A stretch of 63,889 nt of DNA, filler included, from Sphacelaria rigidula (taxonomy: Eukaryota): assembly GCA_964200075.2 (NCBI GenBank). It is 9 parts of 9 records of this genome, joined end to end, with 100 filler letters (N's around TTAATTAATTAA, not from the genome) between each part and the next. Parts side by side here need not be neighbours in the genome. Positions count along the whole stretch, not along the records: positions 21,333 to 28,342 come from CAXNAA020016969.1; positions 28,443 to 35,452 come from CAXNAA020016970.1; 7 more parts are not named here. One strand, given 5' to 3'. A model generated the notes under the pieces. That model was given only the letters and a program-made list of their open reading frames with translations. It was not told where the DNA came from and searched no databases. Below, in pieces: positions 22,561 to 35,452 of the stretch. The position numbers and the translations under genes are program-made. Each line of letters begins with the position of its first letter. Position 1 is the first letter of the stretch.

Positions 22561-25096
22561 CTGTGAATCGTTTTGACGCTACAGAAAGACCATCACGAAT
22601 CCTCACCGGTTCAATGATCGTCTCGGAGTCCGTCTGAGCGCGCCGTTTCACATGCTTGTTTCCTGCAAGGTCCAGTGAAGAGTCATGTGCGACGCGGAGA
22701 AAGCACATTTGTACGTACAGTAAACGTGGTTTCAGACGGTGAAAATGTTGCCGGAGGAAGGTATCATATAATATCTAATTCTCAATCTCTTCTGGCTGGC
22801 GAAGGGTAAAAGACAAATGCCGCAAGTTGCCGTGCCACGCACAAGTGACAACTAGCACGGGATTCGTCATGTGATCATTTTTCAGGTAAGGAAGACGCCA
22901 ATTTCAACATACTTTTTGGTTCTTGTACGCACGCACGAGGTGACGGATTGAGACATATCGGGGGTTCACGCAGGCGCTGGACTACGTCACTTGATTTTTC
23001 CGCCTCTTAAAATATGGAACTTGCTGTTGAGAGACGCCAACGAAGAATCTGACGTTGCACCCTTTCGTTCCTGGTGCAACCGTAAGTGTTCCAACGCACC
23101 ATAACAACCGAGAAAAAGGTCAGGATTGACCATTGAGCGCTCTTTATTGTGCGTTTTAGCAGTAAGCACCGCCAGTAGTGCGGCAATTGACCTGGGAGGA
23201 CTATTACGTATATCTTGACTCGTTGTGTGCATTGCTCTGCTGTGACGTTTCGACATTGTATAATATAACATGGGTTGAACCTGCAGCTGTGTCGACATAT
23301 GTTCCAGCTCACCCATCATCATATGAGTTGAAGGAAGTGCATCCGACAATAGAACATCCCGTATGGGACATCGTACCTACCCACGGTTCAGCCGAAGCTG
23401 CACAGACGTGCATATACTTACGCATAACCGCGTGTCCTTGCCATGCAAGACACGAAGTCGCTGCCCTATCACCTGCGGTACAGCATGGGTAATACCATTA
23501 ACGGCTGACCTTAACTGTCCACGCAAAAGAACTATGTTTACACAGTAAACGCTCAGATGCACGGTAGCGTCGAAACGGTCCAGCATGAACAAATAAAGCT
23601 GCTGTAGTAGCACCTTGCGTGTGCGGGACAAGTCGGAAAAGTGTGCGCTAACCAGAGCTTCCCCCAACACCCATCGTTATTTATACCGTCAACTCGAAAC
23701 AGTGTTTTCGTGAGGTTGAGAGTTCAGGGCTGATTGAGAGTAAGCTTTGTTATTCGCTTTAGCTTGGTCCATTTTTCATCATGTGATATATGCTTTTCTT
23801 TACCTGTAACTCAGTCTTGTGCTTACAGGTACACGTCGATATCCTACTCAGGTATATTAGGGGCTTCAGTGACGAGCTACTACAACAGCAAGTGTACCGG
23901 GCCTAGTGGAGGAGCATTTCGGAACATGAATATTCTACCAGTTAATTGACCGCTTCTTACTCTCAATCCCATCCTGGACTCTCAACCTCAATAAAACATC
24001 GTTTCTAGTAGAGGTACGCTGTTCCCTACGAGAGCGCCGAAAATGTTTTTTTTCCCGCCAGATATCGGGGATCCCAGGAGGTGGTGCCTGAAATCTTAAG
24101 CCGCCGTCTCCTGGGCCCCCGGATATCTGGCCAGAGAAAATCGAAGAACCCCCCCCCCCCCATTCACAATCTTTCTGAATATCTCAGAGCATCTCCGAGA
24201 AAAATTTCAGGGTCTATCTCGAAAAATCGGCGTGGACAGTCGCCCGTATAATAGAGCTATGTGCGTAGAAGAATACAAATGTACGCTGGAAACTCTTAAT
24301 TACTTGATCATAGTATACTACCGATGTTTGCCTTGGTGCGCACTTTCAAGTCGACTGTTTGATATAAACTTTTCGAGTGATGCAACGAAAATTTGCACAA
24401 ACGTTTCTTGAACTACCTCGGGACGAGTCAGTTTCATTTGTTTCCATTTAGAATCAATATGTGTACCGGATTCTGGGGGTCTTCAACCTGGGACCCCCGG
24501 AAGCTGGTAGAGAGCGCACAAGATTTGAAAAATGTCGTTCAACGGTTTTGTTTTCCACCCGTATAGCACCCACATCTACCAATTAAACTTTCACGCTTGA
24601 CGATGATCGGAGCTTTTCTATGAAAGTTTCAGGGGAAAACGTCGAGGCTTTGTAGGTCTCCGATGCACATCCTCAGTGAGTGCAAATCCGACGACGACGC
24701 CAAAACCCTACATCATCACCGAAATACCACGTGGTGGGGTACAATTCGATCCCGTACAAATCGATTTCCAAAACGTTTTTGCGTTATTAGATTCGCTGGG
24801 TGATGGCGGCTACAAAGGTTTGATTCGTGGTGAGATTGGGTATAAAATGTGTTGACAATTCGCATATTATTTTTCAGAACAATTTGAAGGCCCATGATTG
24901 ACCGGGAAATATTTTCACTGCCAGCGCCACGGCAAAGGTCGCACGCAAAATTTGGTCATGTCACGCTGTTCGCTTGCATGTGGGGGTCACTATGATACTA
25001 AATATGCTTCAATCGGGTCAGTTTTGCGTTATGTATCTAATGGGGACTAAATTTTGGGCATTCACCATGATGAACTAGCCTGCATGAAAAAAGGCC

Positions 25097-25266
25097 GCCT
25101 GTACGGAACCCCAGCAAGCCTTTGCTTACGGCGAATGCAGCGCACTACTAGTAGTAGTGCAACTTGAAACATTTTCGTCGACTGCCTGTATGGAACCCCA
25201 GCGAGCCTTTGCTTACGGCGAATGCAGCGCACTACTACCAGTGCAACTTCAAATATTTTCGTCGAC
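25097..25266. repeat. ~87-bp tandem duplication
   Basis: GCCTGTA.GGAACCCCAGC...TTTTCGTCGAC occurs twice. Confidence 0.9.
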
Positions 25267-26823
25267 GCACACCTTGTAGGAGTGGTATAGCGTGTCTTAC
25301 TACTACAGCCCAGTTAAAGCAATAATAGTGAATTTTTGTGTGAAGTACGGCAGAGAGTAGAGCACAGGCATCAGTGAAGTCCAGCACGGCGTGGCAGGTT
25401 TGTGACTGGTGAAGCAGTTCTTATCGAAACATGAAGAAAAGTGCACAAAATATCAAATATATTTGGTAGCGGATTTGATTATCGTTTTATTATCAGCTTG
25501 AGTCACTCACCGACAGCAGCAACGCTGCAAGAACCAAGCAAGGCAAGGATGACGGTCACAGTCTGCATCATAACTTTCTTCTGCGATATATAGCTGTTGT
25601 AGCTGTATGTAATTGATTGCGCTTTCCTGAACAGGTAGTAGTGGTGGGAATGGCAAGAGAAAAATGCTGTGTAGGGGCGCGGCGGGAGGGAAGGGGGAGG
25701 GCGACGGGGAATGGAGCTAAAACTTTATGCGTTGCAGTTTCAGGATATAAACCACAATCATTTTCAGACAGATTCACTGGGCCGTTCTACGGACGCATCC
25801 GGGACAGTCAAGACAGGAAATCACGGGCCAGATGTTTCGGGGAAATTCTTCGTATTTCTCATGCAAATTAGCGACCACACACCAGCCGCACCGCATATCG
25901 TCTGTTGTTTCAGCATTTTTGCAGCAGGTGCAATTTCCCAACAGGCCTTGACATGCCGCCCGTCTTGCAACACAAGGAACGTTGTGGCTGCTGTGTAGGT
26001 TGTAGGTTGCATGGTTATTATTACCCAGCTGGCTGCTTTTTTGTGGCTTGTAGCACCTCATCATGGCGATACACTCCTTGTTGTTGTGCGATGTACGACG
26101 TGACTGGTTGCGCTGCGTAGTCTACAGCAAATGAGGAGAGATGCTGTATCGATCACCTTTCCCCATAATTTTTCATTGCTGCTCACAACAATACGACGAA
26201 CATGTCTTCGGCGTAGTAAGCTTCTTGGGCAAGGGGGTGTGTTTGTTCGTTTCAAGCGAGAAACACATTCTATACCGTATTTTCCCTGTTACCGTATACT
26301 ACTACTACCACCGGCTATATTGCTGCCCTCACCAGTCAGCGGATGATCTTGAATCGTCATCGAAGCAGAACCGGGAGAAGAAAGCCTGAAAAACTCCCGA
26401 TCGATGATCGCGTAGAGCGTAGAGACTTTTTATATGAAAATAAAAAAGAGATTTTTCACACGTATATTATAACCCTCCGACCGACCGTGAAGCTTCAAGA
26501 ATGTTCAATGAATGCACGACGAGCACTACTATTCGTACATGCCAAATCAACTTACAATAAACGCTCGTGCATCAGCATAATAGATGGTCGGTCGATCCCG
26601 CTGAAAAAAAAACATTGAGTACTGCCAAACAATAACTGATCTGTCCACTCGGTGCAGAGCAGATAGCTATAAACATGTTGAAGCTTTGCGTCTTTTATCC
26701 AAGCATCGGTCTTACTTTTACGTCAATTTTAGGACAACCGCATGTTTTTGTATGCATCAAAATGGTTCGAATATACAGTATATTCGTACGTTGATTGCAG
26801 GGTCATTATTGCGGGGCACTCAC

Positions 26824-26824
<1 letters not shown>

Positions 26825-26892
<68 letters not shown>

Positions 26893-26908
26893 AGTAGTAG
26901 TAGTAGTA
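26825..26908. repeat. (TGT)n(TAG)n microsatellite
   Basis: Direct observation. Confidence 0.97.
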
Positions 26909-27259
26909 AGATGGGATGTATTCATTGAAAGAAGGGGACAGCGTGTGAGTACTCGGGGTTATGCGACGAACCCACCGTCCTTGGCTTTTGTTGAGATATG
27001 CCTGTTGACTCCTGAGCTAATCAGCCAGCGCTCGCTAGCTCAGTCTATCGCATTATCTTCACCTGCAGCATGTCCTGGTAAGATATCCAGCACACACAGT
27101 AGTAATTCTGCACGTGACAGACTGCAGGTTCAAAACTGGTCAGGGGTTATTCCCCGGGACTATTTTCTGTATACTCGATATCCACATGATGATAATGAGA
27201 AAATACTTTTTGTACAGGGTATAGCGATCAAATAACTGTTCTCGGCCCAAAATGTGGCA

Positions 27260-27305
27260 TGGTCCATCTCAGTCCACCTACGGGGGGATCGCCGTCTAAG
27301 GGTTA
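27260..27305 (-). mobile_element. Terminal piece of the piggyBac-like family seen at 36276
   Basis: Minus strand TAACCCTTAGACGGCGATCCCCCC..GGACTGAG matches 36272-36310. Confidence 0.55.
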
Positions 27306-28262
27306 CCCGCCCTCCGACCATAGGTATCTTTTCGGAGCATTATCTCCAGTCGACTGTATCCCCATAAATAACCCCAGCAGTAGTATATTGCTCAGTAGCT
27401 CCACTCTTGTTGCGTCCGCACTATTCTTCTTGACAAATATGCGTGCATTCTGTGGTAGTCGAACGCAGATTCACATAGTATACAGTTCACCGGAATAAAC
27501 ACGTCTTCCTTCTTTTCCCCCCGGTGGTTCGTCACACGAGGTTCACGTGGGGTGCGGTGCATCAGAGGGCATCCGGCCCCCAGTGGGGTTAGTGCGAACC
27601 GACACAAGATGTACCGCGTCTTGGTTCGCCTTTGCTCTTTCGGAGGACCGCAGGCCCTTTTCGCCCAAAAAGCAGCACAGTTTTGGCCCAAAGGAGCCTA
27701 CGGAGCAACAACCCACCATCTTGCTCGATGGTAGAATATCAAACGTCGATATACATACGGGCTTTTTATCTGTCTTGTCACGAGTACAGTCCATACACAT
27801 CTGCTGTAGACTTTAAGTAGAGTACCTACAAAGCGTGAACTGAAACAACTAGTTCAGTCCTATCGCACAACAGCGGTGAATCATGATGAGGTGCTACAAG
27901 CCACAAGAAAAGATTGCCAACTCGAGGATGATGAGCCCACAACACACACAGTAGCCACAATCCTCGTAGTGTGGCAGGAGGACTATCATGCCCAGACACA
28001 CTCGGAAAATGCTTATTCCATCGGCAAATCTGATGAAGAGCCAGACAAAGCCTGGCGGTGTGGCTGCTAATAATAACTTGCACAACAAGTAGCGATCTTC
28101 GCGTAAAATCCCGAATTTTCCGCTCATGTTGCGTCGTATGTATGCGTTCGTTGCTGAACGTGCGGGGGATGGGGCCGAGCAGCAAATAAATCTGGCCGAA
28201 AATGTTTGTGGGGAATCTTCTGTCTGAAACTGTAGCGCAGGATAAACTTCAAGCCCGCCGAC

Positions 28263-28333
28263 GCCCCCCCCCCCCCCCCCCCCCCACCCCACCCCCCCCC
28301 CCCCCCCCCCTTCTCTCCCACCCCCCCCCCCCC
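28263..28333. repeat. Poly(C) tract near contig end
   Basis: Direct observation. Confidence 0.95.
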
Positions 28334-28448
28334 GCCAAACACNNNNNNNNNNNNNNNNNNNNNNNNNNNNNNNNNNNNNNNNNNNNTTAATTAATTAANN
28401 NNNNNNNNNNNNNNNNNNNNNNNNNNNNNNNNNNNNNNNNNNTTCATC

Positions 28449-28560
28449 TATTGATGACGGCAATGGCTATCGATGGATGGCTCACCAAACCTCTTGATAA
28501 CGGCAATGACTATCGATGGATGGCTCACCTAACCTATTGATTACGGCAGTAGCTATCGAT
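28449..28560. repeat. ~43-bp tandem repeat (2.5 units)
   Basis: TTGAT.ACGGCA.T..CTATCGAT repeated. Confidence 0.85.
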
Positions 28561-29024
28561 ATATACAACCCAGAATCTATTGCGGTACACCATTTCCATC
28601 GATGGGGAGTGATCTTCATCCATTGTAATTACCATAGGCTATCGATCGACTATTGCAACATCTATTGTCCCTTGCAATGCATATCAGTAGATGTCTTTCA
28701 CCATACATCGTGTTCGGTAATATATATCGATAGATTTTTTCCCGTGTCTATTGTTGAAGCAATGAACTATTGTTGTGTCCATTGTCCAGGGTGTGAAATC
28801 TCTTTAGATCCTCGATGTGATGAGCGGTGGCAAGCGAAAAGAGCCCAAGAAAATCGCCCATCACGAAGAAATCACAAAATGCTTCAAAATGATTAGTTAG
28901 ACCGCCCACTGCTGTAGTCTCCACACTACCCTCTTCCTTGTCTCCCACGGTGTCAAGAAGTGAGTCAAAAAGTCGCTTGTAGAGGCCACGCTGACTAGCG
29001 GTGATACTGAGCATCATGTTCCCA

Positions 29025-29205
29025 ACGTGTGTGCGTGTCGTGTGGAAGAGCCATCAGCATCCGCAAAAAATGGGTCCATGAGTTCGTGAGCTGCCCGTGC
29101 TTGCCACGGATTTGTTTGCTACTCACGGCGATGATGACGCAAGGATTCGAACCGTGGACCTCGCGGTTACTAGGCAGCGATTGTCATCTCTAGAAGTAGC
29201 CACCG
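29025..29205 (-). mobile_element. Degenerate tRNA-like element, possibly a third SINE family
   Basis: Minus strand CCTAGTAA..GAGGTCCACGGTTCGAATCC (Thr-AGT-like loop plus B box), ending in a CA-rich tail. Confidence 0.35.
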
Positions 29206-29491
29206 TGAGGAGACTTTGAGATCTCTCACGGCCGCTTGTGGATATGGTCTATCTTCACGGGTAGTTTCCACATAAATCTCACCACCAGCGGGCACACTTG
29301 GGGACAACGAACTCCGTGCTCATCGCATTCCATCGTCGGCAATACCCAAACACCGACCATCCGAATTCGATGGCGTACACCAGTCAAGCAAAGCCGATAT
29401 GTGTCGCTGGATCCTCTTGCTTCATGAGCACGGGAAGGGGAAGGTCAGTCCCCACTCGACTAAGCCTTCGCACTATACTCCACCGACCCAC

Positions 29492-29591
29492 CTCGTTCAA
29501 TGACAAGGCCTTCCAACACTTTTCGAACTTTGACGTCCGCGACTCCTGAGGTTCTGTCCGCGGGTATTCCCAACTTCGTCGCTATATCCTC
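29492..29591 (-). CDS. SET-domain methyltransferase, probable downstream exon
   Basis: AAG|GAG..G|GTGGGT; phase 0 follows the previous exon; EDIATKLGIPADRT...LVIER. Confidence 0.55.
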
Positions 29592-30170
29592 CTTCGGCGG
29601 CAAACGGAAATGGGCAGAGCGAAAACACAGCACGATGACGATGATCATGATGAGCTGACAGAGTATGGAAGGGAGACGGATGGCCGACGTCCAGTAGCGT
29701 ACATGAGGAAGGTCTGGTAGCTCCAACCATCGCCAAGTCCCACCATGCGTCATATAATGCACCGCGTGCTCCACGTGACACGTGACAATCAGAAAGAAGC
29801 CGTTGCACCGTCGGTAGGAATCACGCTACTCTTGGTGCAAAGCTGCTCTTGCGCGTACTGCAGTTTTGAGTCATTCTACTCCGAGAAAATATTTCGGTCG
29901 AGTCAATTCACAATATTCGCGGCATTGCTGCGAAAGTGGCCTACCGCGTGCGATAGAGAGACAACAAAGGGAAGGCAACCAGCAACCAAGACACTCGTTG
30001 CAGCTGAAGGTAGGGAGTTTGAATACACTCGGGATCAATAATGCAAGGCTTTGAGCATCGTTTGCTTCAAGTTTTCTTATGCTGAGGGTATTACTCATCA
30101 TCGGGACCAATAATGCAAGACTATGAGGGTCGTTTGCTCCAAGTTTTCTAATGCTGAGGGTATTACTCAC

Positions 30171-30285
30171 CACGACGAAAGTGTCTGCAGGACAATCCGC
30201 CTCTATGAAACCGTAAAACTGCAAAAGCTCGTCGTTGCTCTTCAACCCGTACGAGATGTAAGCCTGCTCGCCCTCCCGGTAGCCC
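30171..30285 (-). CDS. SET-domain lysine methyltransferase (SETD3/Rubisco-LSMT class) exon
   Basis: GYREGEQAYISYGLKSNDELLQFYGF motif; CAG acceptor, GTGAGT donor. Confidence 0.92.
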
Positions 30286-30712
30286 CTGCCATGAATCGAG
30301 AGGACTTTGTTTCATGAGTGAAAACTCCGACGGCGGTGTGTCGGGCCGGGAAGTTACTTGTGGGGGAGTAGTGTGCTCGTCCCGGCATGACAGACAGCTT
30401 GAGCGGGTACAGTGAAGCGCTGCAGTCACCTCCGAAGACGAATATCAGGTTGAAGGAAATCACCGACAATAGTGTTGATACCAGTTATGCCACGTGTACT
30501 CTTATAATTCGGATAGTCAATCCTTGGAAGATGACGCAATTCGTTTTGTTACTCTCAGAGATGGACAACTGGACGGTGTAATGTTTTTGTGTGTTTTCCC
30601 GACTGAGTCTTGCTCATATCACCAGCGCGATCCCCTCAAACGAATACCTATCCGATGTCTGACTCCGGCCACAGTGCGCAACCAAACACAAGAGCCATCT
30701 CGCGCTGCCCAC

Positions 30713-30848
30713 CTGTTGACGGAAACCCCCAACTCTCCAGAGATTGGGCTGAACGACAGCTCTGTTTCGGCGGTGGTGACATGGTTCATACTGTCCACGA
30801 ACGGCACCAAGACGTAGTCGCCCCCTCCCTCACTACTGCTTCCCGATA
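30713..30848 (-). CDS. SET-domain methyltransferase exon
   Basis: YVLVPFVDSMNH SET signature; splice phases match both neighbours. Confidence 0.92.
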
Positions 30849-31229
30849 CTGGTTGCGCAGATAACATTACACGCACAACACGAGGAACCCCCGACAAGGC
30901 ACCCAGAAGCGGGAGTTTTTTTTTCAGGATAGAGGATCGACTTGGCAAACCGCAGATAGCTACACGTCTACACAGTCTGGAGCGTACGGTGTCATCACGC
31001 TCGCTTTACAGAAATACATCACGCCGACACTCGCCAAGGGATGGATGTGCATACCCACCGAGAAAATGGCCACGGGCCATCAAATGTATTCAGTAGAAAT
31101 GCCGTCCCCTTAGCACGGAAAAGGCCGACACAACGGTGCCGGCCCTCTGTACACGCCACAGACAACAGCCACAGGGAAGAGAAAATACCACCATGAGGTC
31201 ACGTAGCACATGAAAGCAGGTGCATATAC

Positions 31230-31368
31230 CTGCGGCGCCGAAGGACCCCAGCTCCGGAAGTGTGAGCGGCAGCAACGCGACGGCCGCCAGCAAGACCCAC
31301 AATGGTTGCTCCGTTACAGCGTACGCGGCGGCAGCAGCGGCAACTACTGCACCGCCCAGAACCGCGGA
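31230..31368 (-). CDS. SET-domain methyltransferase exon (hydrophobic insert)
   Basis: TAG|TCC..G|GTATAT; phases match both neighbours; SAVLGGAVVAAAAAAYAV..LWVLLAAVALLPL. Confidence 0.8.
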
Positions 31369-31419
31369 CTATCAATCCGAGTACGCGTAAGCCGCGTGCA
31401 CGTAAGAGGGTAGCAACGA

Positions 31420-31898
31420 GGGTGGGGTGGGTGTACTCATGATTCTGCACGCTAAAGCCGTGGGACCAACGACCTCGCACCCCTACAAAGCTGGGGCGGA
31501 GCACGCCGGTTTTTCGACGGACCAGCCCTTGCAATCACCAAGCGCGAAGCGCCGTGATGTGTTCGGCGAGTCGCATGAAGGTGAGCTGCGTCCTGCTACG
31601 ATTGCTCGGCCTGGAGCGTACTTCTTATCTCTCCATGTGGCAGCCTACAATGAGTTGCTTCATCTTCTGGTATCGCCGCTTTCAGAGACAGAGCCACGGG
31701 TCACACTGCTTCATGGGTATTTCACCATATAAACACCGCGTACTACGAATATCCATTTTGCGCGTGATTGGGGTTCTCCACCCCGCACAATACGATCCAG
31801 CTCGGCCAGCACCATGGTTGCCGCGAAAACACGGCCACGTGGTTCCAACCTTACGCAGTAAATGGCGTGTTTACAGCATCCTCGACAACCGCGCACCC
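31420..31898 (-). mobile_element. SINE family C, full-length diverged copy (intronic)
   Basis: Aligns along its whole length with 11602-12103. Confidence 0.85.
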
Positions 31899-32082
31899 GA
31901 AAGGCCAATCAGTGTTCAGATAACCCTTCCCTGGTCAGAACTAAAACGTCGTTGCACCGATTGGTGCACATGGTAAAAAGACGGCTGTAGGCGCCGCAAG
32001 TCAATTGACAAACGCGTCTCCATCGGGTTTCAATCTTCAGTTGTATGGTATGTTGTACACATGGAAGGAAACACCAACTCAC

Positions 32083-32188
32083 GTTTTGACCCCCTCCGAA
32101 ACGGCCAGAGAAAGCGCGGCTCAGAACGCACTCCATTGCCCAAACGAGGTCCTCCTTCGTAACAGCCCGTCCGGCTCCTTCCGGACAG
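32083..32188 (-). CDS. SET-domain methyltransferase exon
   Basis: VTKEDLVWAMECVLSRAF (WA...V.SRAF motif) with GTGAGT donor. Acceptor uncertain by a few nt. Confidence 0.85.
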
Positions 32189-33358
32189 CTAGCTACTAGG
32201 CTCTGTTATGCACGTGAAGCAAACAAGAAACAAAAACCACGACGCACGAATGCTTTGTCATTGCTTCGGTCGACGCACAGTACATCGCCGCACGAAACAC
32301 AAATACTGGTACCAACCATGGCGGCCACCACCAGTGATGACGTGTGTGTGTACGTGTGTGCATGCAGTGCACATCTATTCATCTGCCTATATGTGTGTGA
32401 GTGTATTTGCGAAGGTGTGTGTCGACGGGGGCACTGCAGTAGCACGAACGCTGTGGTGCGTTGATTCTTCCGCACGGAGCATGACCTGCACCTTGTTCGA
32501 GGGCAGCGTGCGATACTGCACCATACCCGACGCTGATTCACGCTTCCGAGTTGACCGTTCCTGCAATCAAATCTCAGAGCAGCACACCAATGAGCAACAT
32601 AGCATGCCGTCGGGCGTCAAATACCCAAACTACTGTCACCTTGACTTTCGTTTCCCTGCAATATTGGACCCGTTTCTGAAACCGCAACTGCCACCATCGC
32701 AGTATGTAAGGCATCGCACGATCGTTTTCTCTACTTCCCACGGCTCCCCCTCCTGTGCTGTGCCCACATCCTACGGCTGCCATCCGTGCTCAAGTATCAG
32801 ACGGGTAAATCAACAGGCGTTAGGATACGGGCACTTACGGAGGTACGATGAATGTGCTCATTACAGGGCATAGTTGCCGTCCCCCGGCTGCTGAAACGAC
32901 ACGCGATATGATGTCCATGAGCAGATCAATATTTGGCGGTAGCAACTAACGAGCAAATATTGGTACCAATGTTCGGCGTACTTTGTTAAGAGTACGCTGC
33001 AAGCTGAGAAATACTCGCCAAAAATCTTCTGGTAAGACCTTTCGATCGCGTCCTTACACCGCAACGGAGATGTCGCCGATTGCGGATGAGAGCGAGGTGG
33101 CTCGTTTTGGCGGATGCAGAGAAGGTACCGCACGGCACCCAAAAGGCAAGGTCGGGTATCGCTCAACAGCTAGCCGCGTTTGGGAATTTTCTAGATCGAG
33201 GGGGCCGATGGTCAGATGCCGCGCCCATGCCAAAACAGATAGAAAAAGGTATTTTCAAAACCACATTTTTGCGACTACTTCATGCACGCCAAGTGGGAAC
33301 CGACACATCGAATCGCAGGATATCGATAACGGCAAATCTTCTCGGAAGCACAGGAATA

Positions 33359-34550
33359 GGGGGGGGGGGCTACTCATTTGTTGCTTGCCCTCGTCGTCTG
33401 ATCATTCGCCATGCACCCATTTTGAGACGGAGCACCGTTCCTACTCCTAATGGAAACACCCCCAACAATTGGGTGCTCACTCCGTTTCTTCCACACATTA
33501 CAAAATATACATTTTACATATCTCATTCCCGTCCTGTTTCGTCGTCTGTGGCCACCATCCATCTCCTAGTATAGCCATCGTTTTCTCTACTGTCTAATGC
33601 ATCGAACGATTTCATGCCACCTTCGTTCAAGTCCTGCATTTCCCCCTCGAGCACGTCCCGTTCCTCATCGCATACTTCACATTCTGCCACTACATGAGTT
33701 CTACTCTATTGCTTTTCCACAGGAACAATTCTGTGAATCTGATTCCTCCTCCTTTCGACGACTGGTATATCTTTCTTCTTTCTGGCAGGTCCAAGGTCCC
33801 CAACCGAAATCGCAGTTTCAAACTTTTCGCCGCGTCCGTTGGGCCATGCAGATATGTTTTCATCCCTCTCCCCTCTCTCCACCCCCCGTATATATTCAGG
33901 TGTTTTTTCTCGTCTATTTTCCGTCTGAACCGTTCTTTTCCCTTATTTCTATCACGCCTCTTACTTTCATCTTGTACCCCCCACCTTTATTTATGGACAG
34001 TATTTCGTCTCGGTTTTGTTCTATCTCCTTCCATAGTTTCTCGACTCCTTTATCCCACCTTATTCCACCCTGCCCTTTCGTACTTTTCTTCCACATAGTC
34101 CTATCAACTGTGGCTGGCAGTCTCTTGATGTGCATGTTCTTCACGGTATATTGCCATTTCAATTTCTCATAACTCTGATTGTTTCCAGTGGGTGCATTCT
34201 CAACTCTGCTCTCAATCCTATTACTCGTCGTTTTCGAGCATCCAAGTATCTTCTTGGCTGCTGCCATCTGCACTGTTTCCAGCTTCTTCACCAACTTCGC
34301 GTTCCCCTCCCATACTTCTCCTGCATATTCCAGCTTTGGTACAATCACGTCCATCAGGATGCATCTCTTTATCCTAGTGTCTAGGTGCGGGTCTCTGAGG
34401 ATCACGTTCATTCTGACAATCATTACCCCTTTCTATCACTTTGTTCATGTGTGCATCCCGAAAAAACTTTCTTCATATCTCTACGTCAAGGTATGTATAC
34501 TGGTATAAGATCGGCAGTTCCTCTTCTCCCCACTTCCATTTGAACCCTAC
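33359..34550 (-). mobile_element. 5'-truncated, frameshifted LINE (RT C-terminus, Cys/His segment, oligo(C) end)
   Basis: LPILYQYTYL, then PKLEYAGEVW..LETVQMAAAKKILG (non-LTR RT thumb), CSCG..THVVAEC. The last frame ends ..TTRASNK* followed by GTAG+C11. Confidence 0.88.
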
Positions 34551-34580
34551 TGGGTTCTAATATTCGTTACATACAAGTTT

Positions 34581-35452
34581 GGGGGGATGGGGCGTGTACT
34601 CATGATCTTGCGTACTGAAGTCATCTGACCATTGACCTCGCATCCCTATGAAGCCGGGACGGAGCATGCCGGGTTTTCGCTGGACCAGGCCCGAACTCAA
34701 TCACCGAGTTAGGGATAGCGCTAGGGGTGAGCGCCGAAATAAAGTTCGACGAGTCACATGAAGGGTGAGCTGCATCCTGCTACGATTGTTGGGCCCAAGC
34801 GTACTAGTTATCTTGAATTTGGATGACAGCCTCCAACAAGTTGCTCCATTTTTTGGTATGGCCACTTCCAGGACAGCCACGGCTTACACACTGCCTCCTG
34901 GATGTCCCACCATATCAACACTACGTAGTATGATTATCCTCTTTGCGCGGAATCGAGGTTTTTCCACCTCACACAATATGATCTGGCTCGACCACCATCA
35001 TGGTTAAGTCACAAAAATCGCAAGCGCGCAAAAAAAAGGGGCAATCTGCTTGACTAGCTCACGCAGTGAGTGGCATGTTCTACAACGCCATTGCCAACCG
35101 ACGCCAGCCCAACAAGGAGTTCGTCCCTACAAAGCCGCGAAGGAGCACGGTCTTCGACGGACCAGGCTCGCAATCAATCACCAAGAGCGAAGCGCCGTGA
35201 TGTGTTCTGGCGAGTCACATGAAAGGGGAGCTGCAACCAACCTGCCAAGATTGTTCGGCCCGAGGCGTACTGATCATCTTGATTGCGGATGACAGTCTCG
35301 AATGAGTCGCTTCATTCCTGGTATCGCCACCGCCAGAGACAGTCACGGGTTACACTGCTTCATGGGTGTCTCGACAGTTATTTGAGGAACGGAGGGGGGG
35401 GTACTCATGACCATGCATGCCATAGTCATCAGACCATTGACCTCGCATCCCT
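34581..35452 (-). mobile_element. Cluster of SINE family C copies (full 34581-35110, partial ~35120-35375, tail 35395-35452)
   Basis: Each aligns to 11602-12103. Confidence 0.85.

Noticed and set aside
21614-22760. Two candidate exons (21614-21696 and ~22670-22760)
   Set aside because: Plausible splice sites, but phases are incompatible and no motif is recognised.
28900-28990. Further SET-gene exon (RGLYKRLFDSLLDTVGDKEE)
   Set aside because: The protein-like frame is out of phase with the preceding donor and cannot be supported without transcripts.
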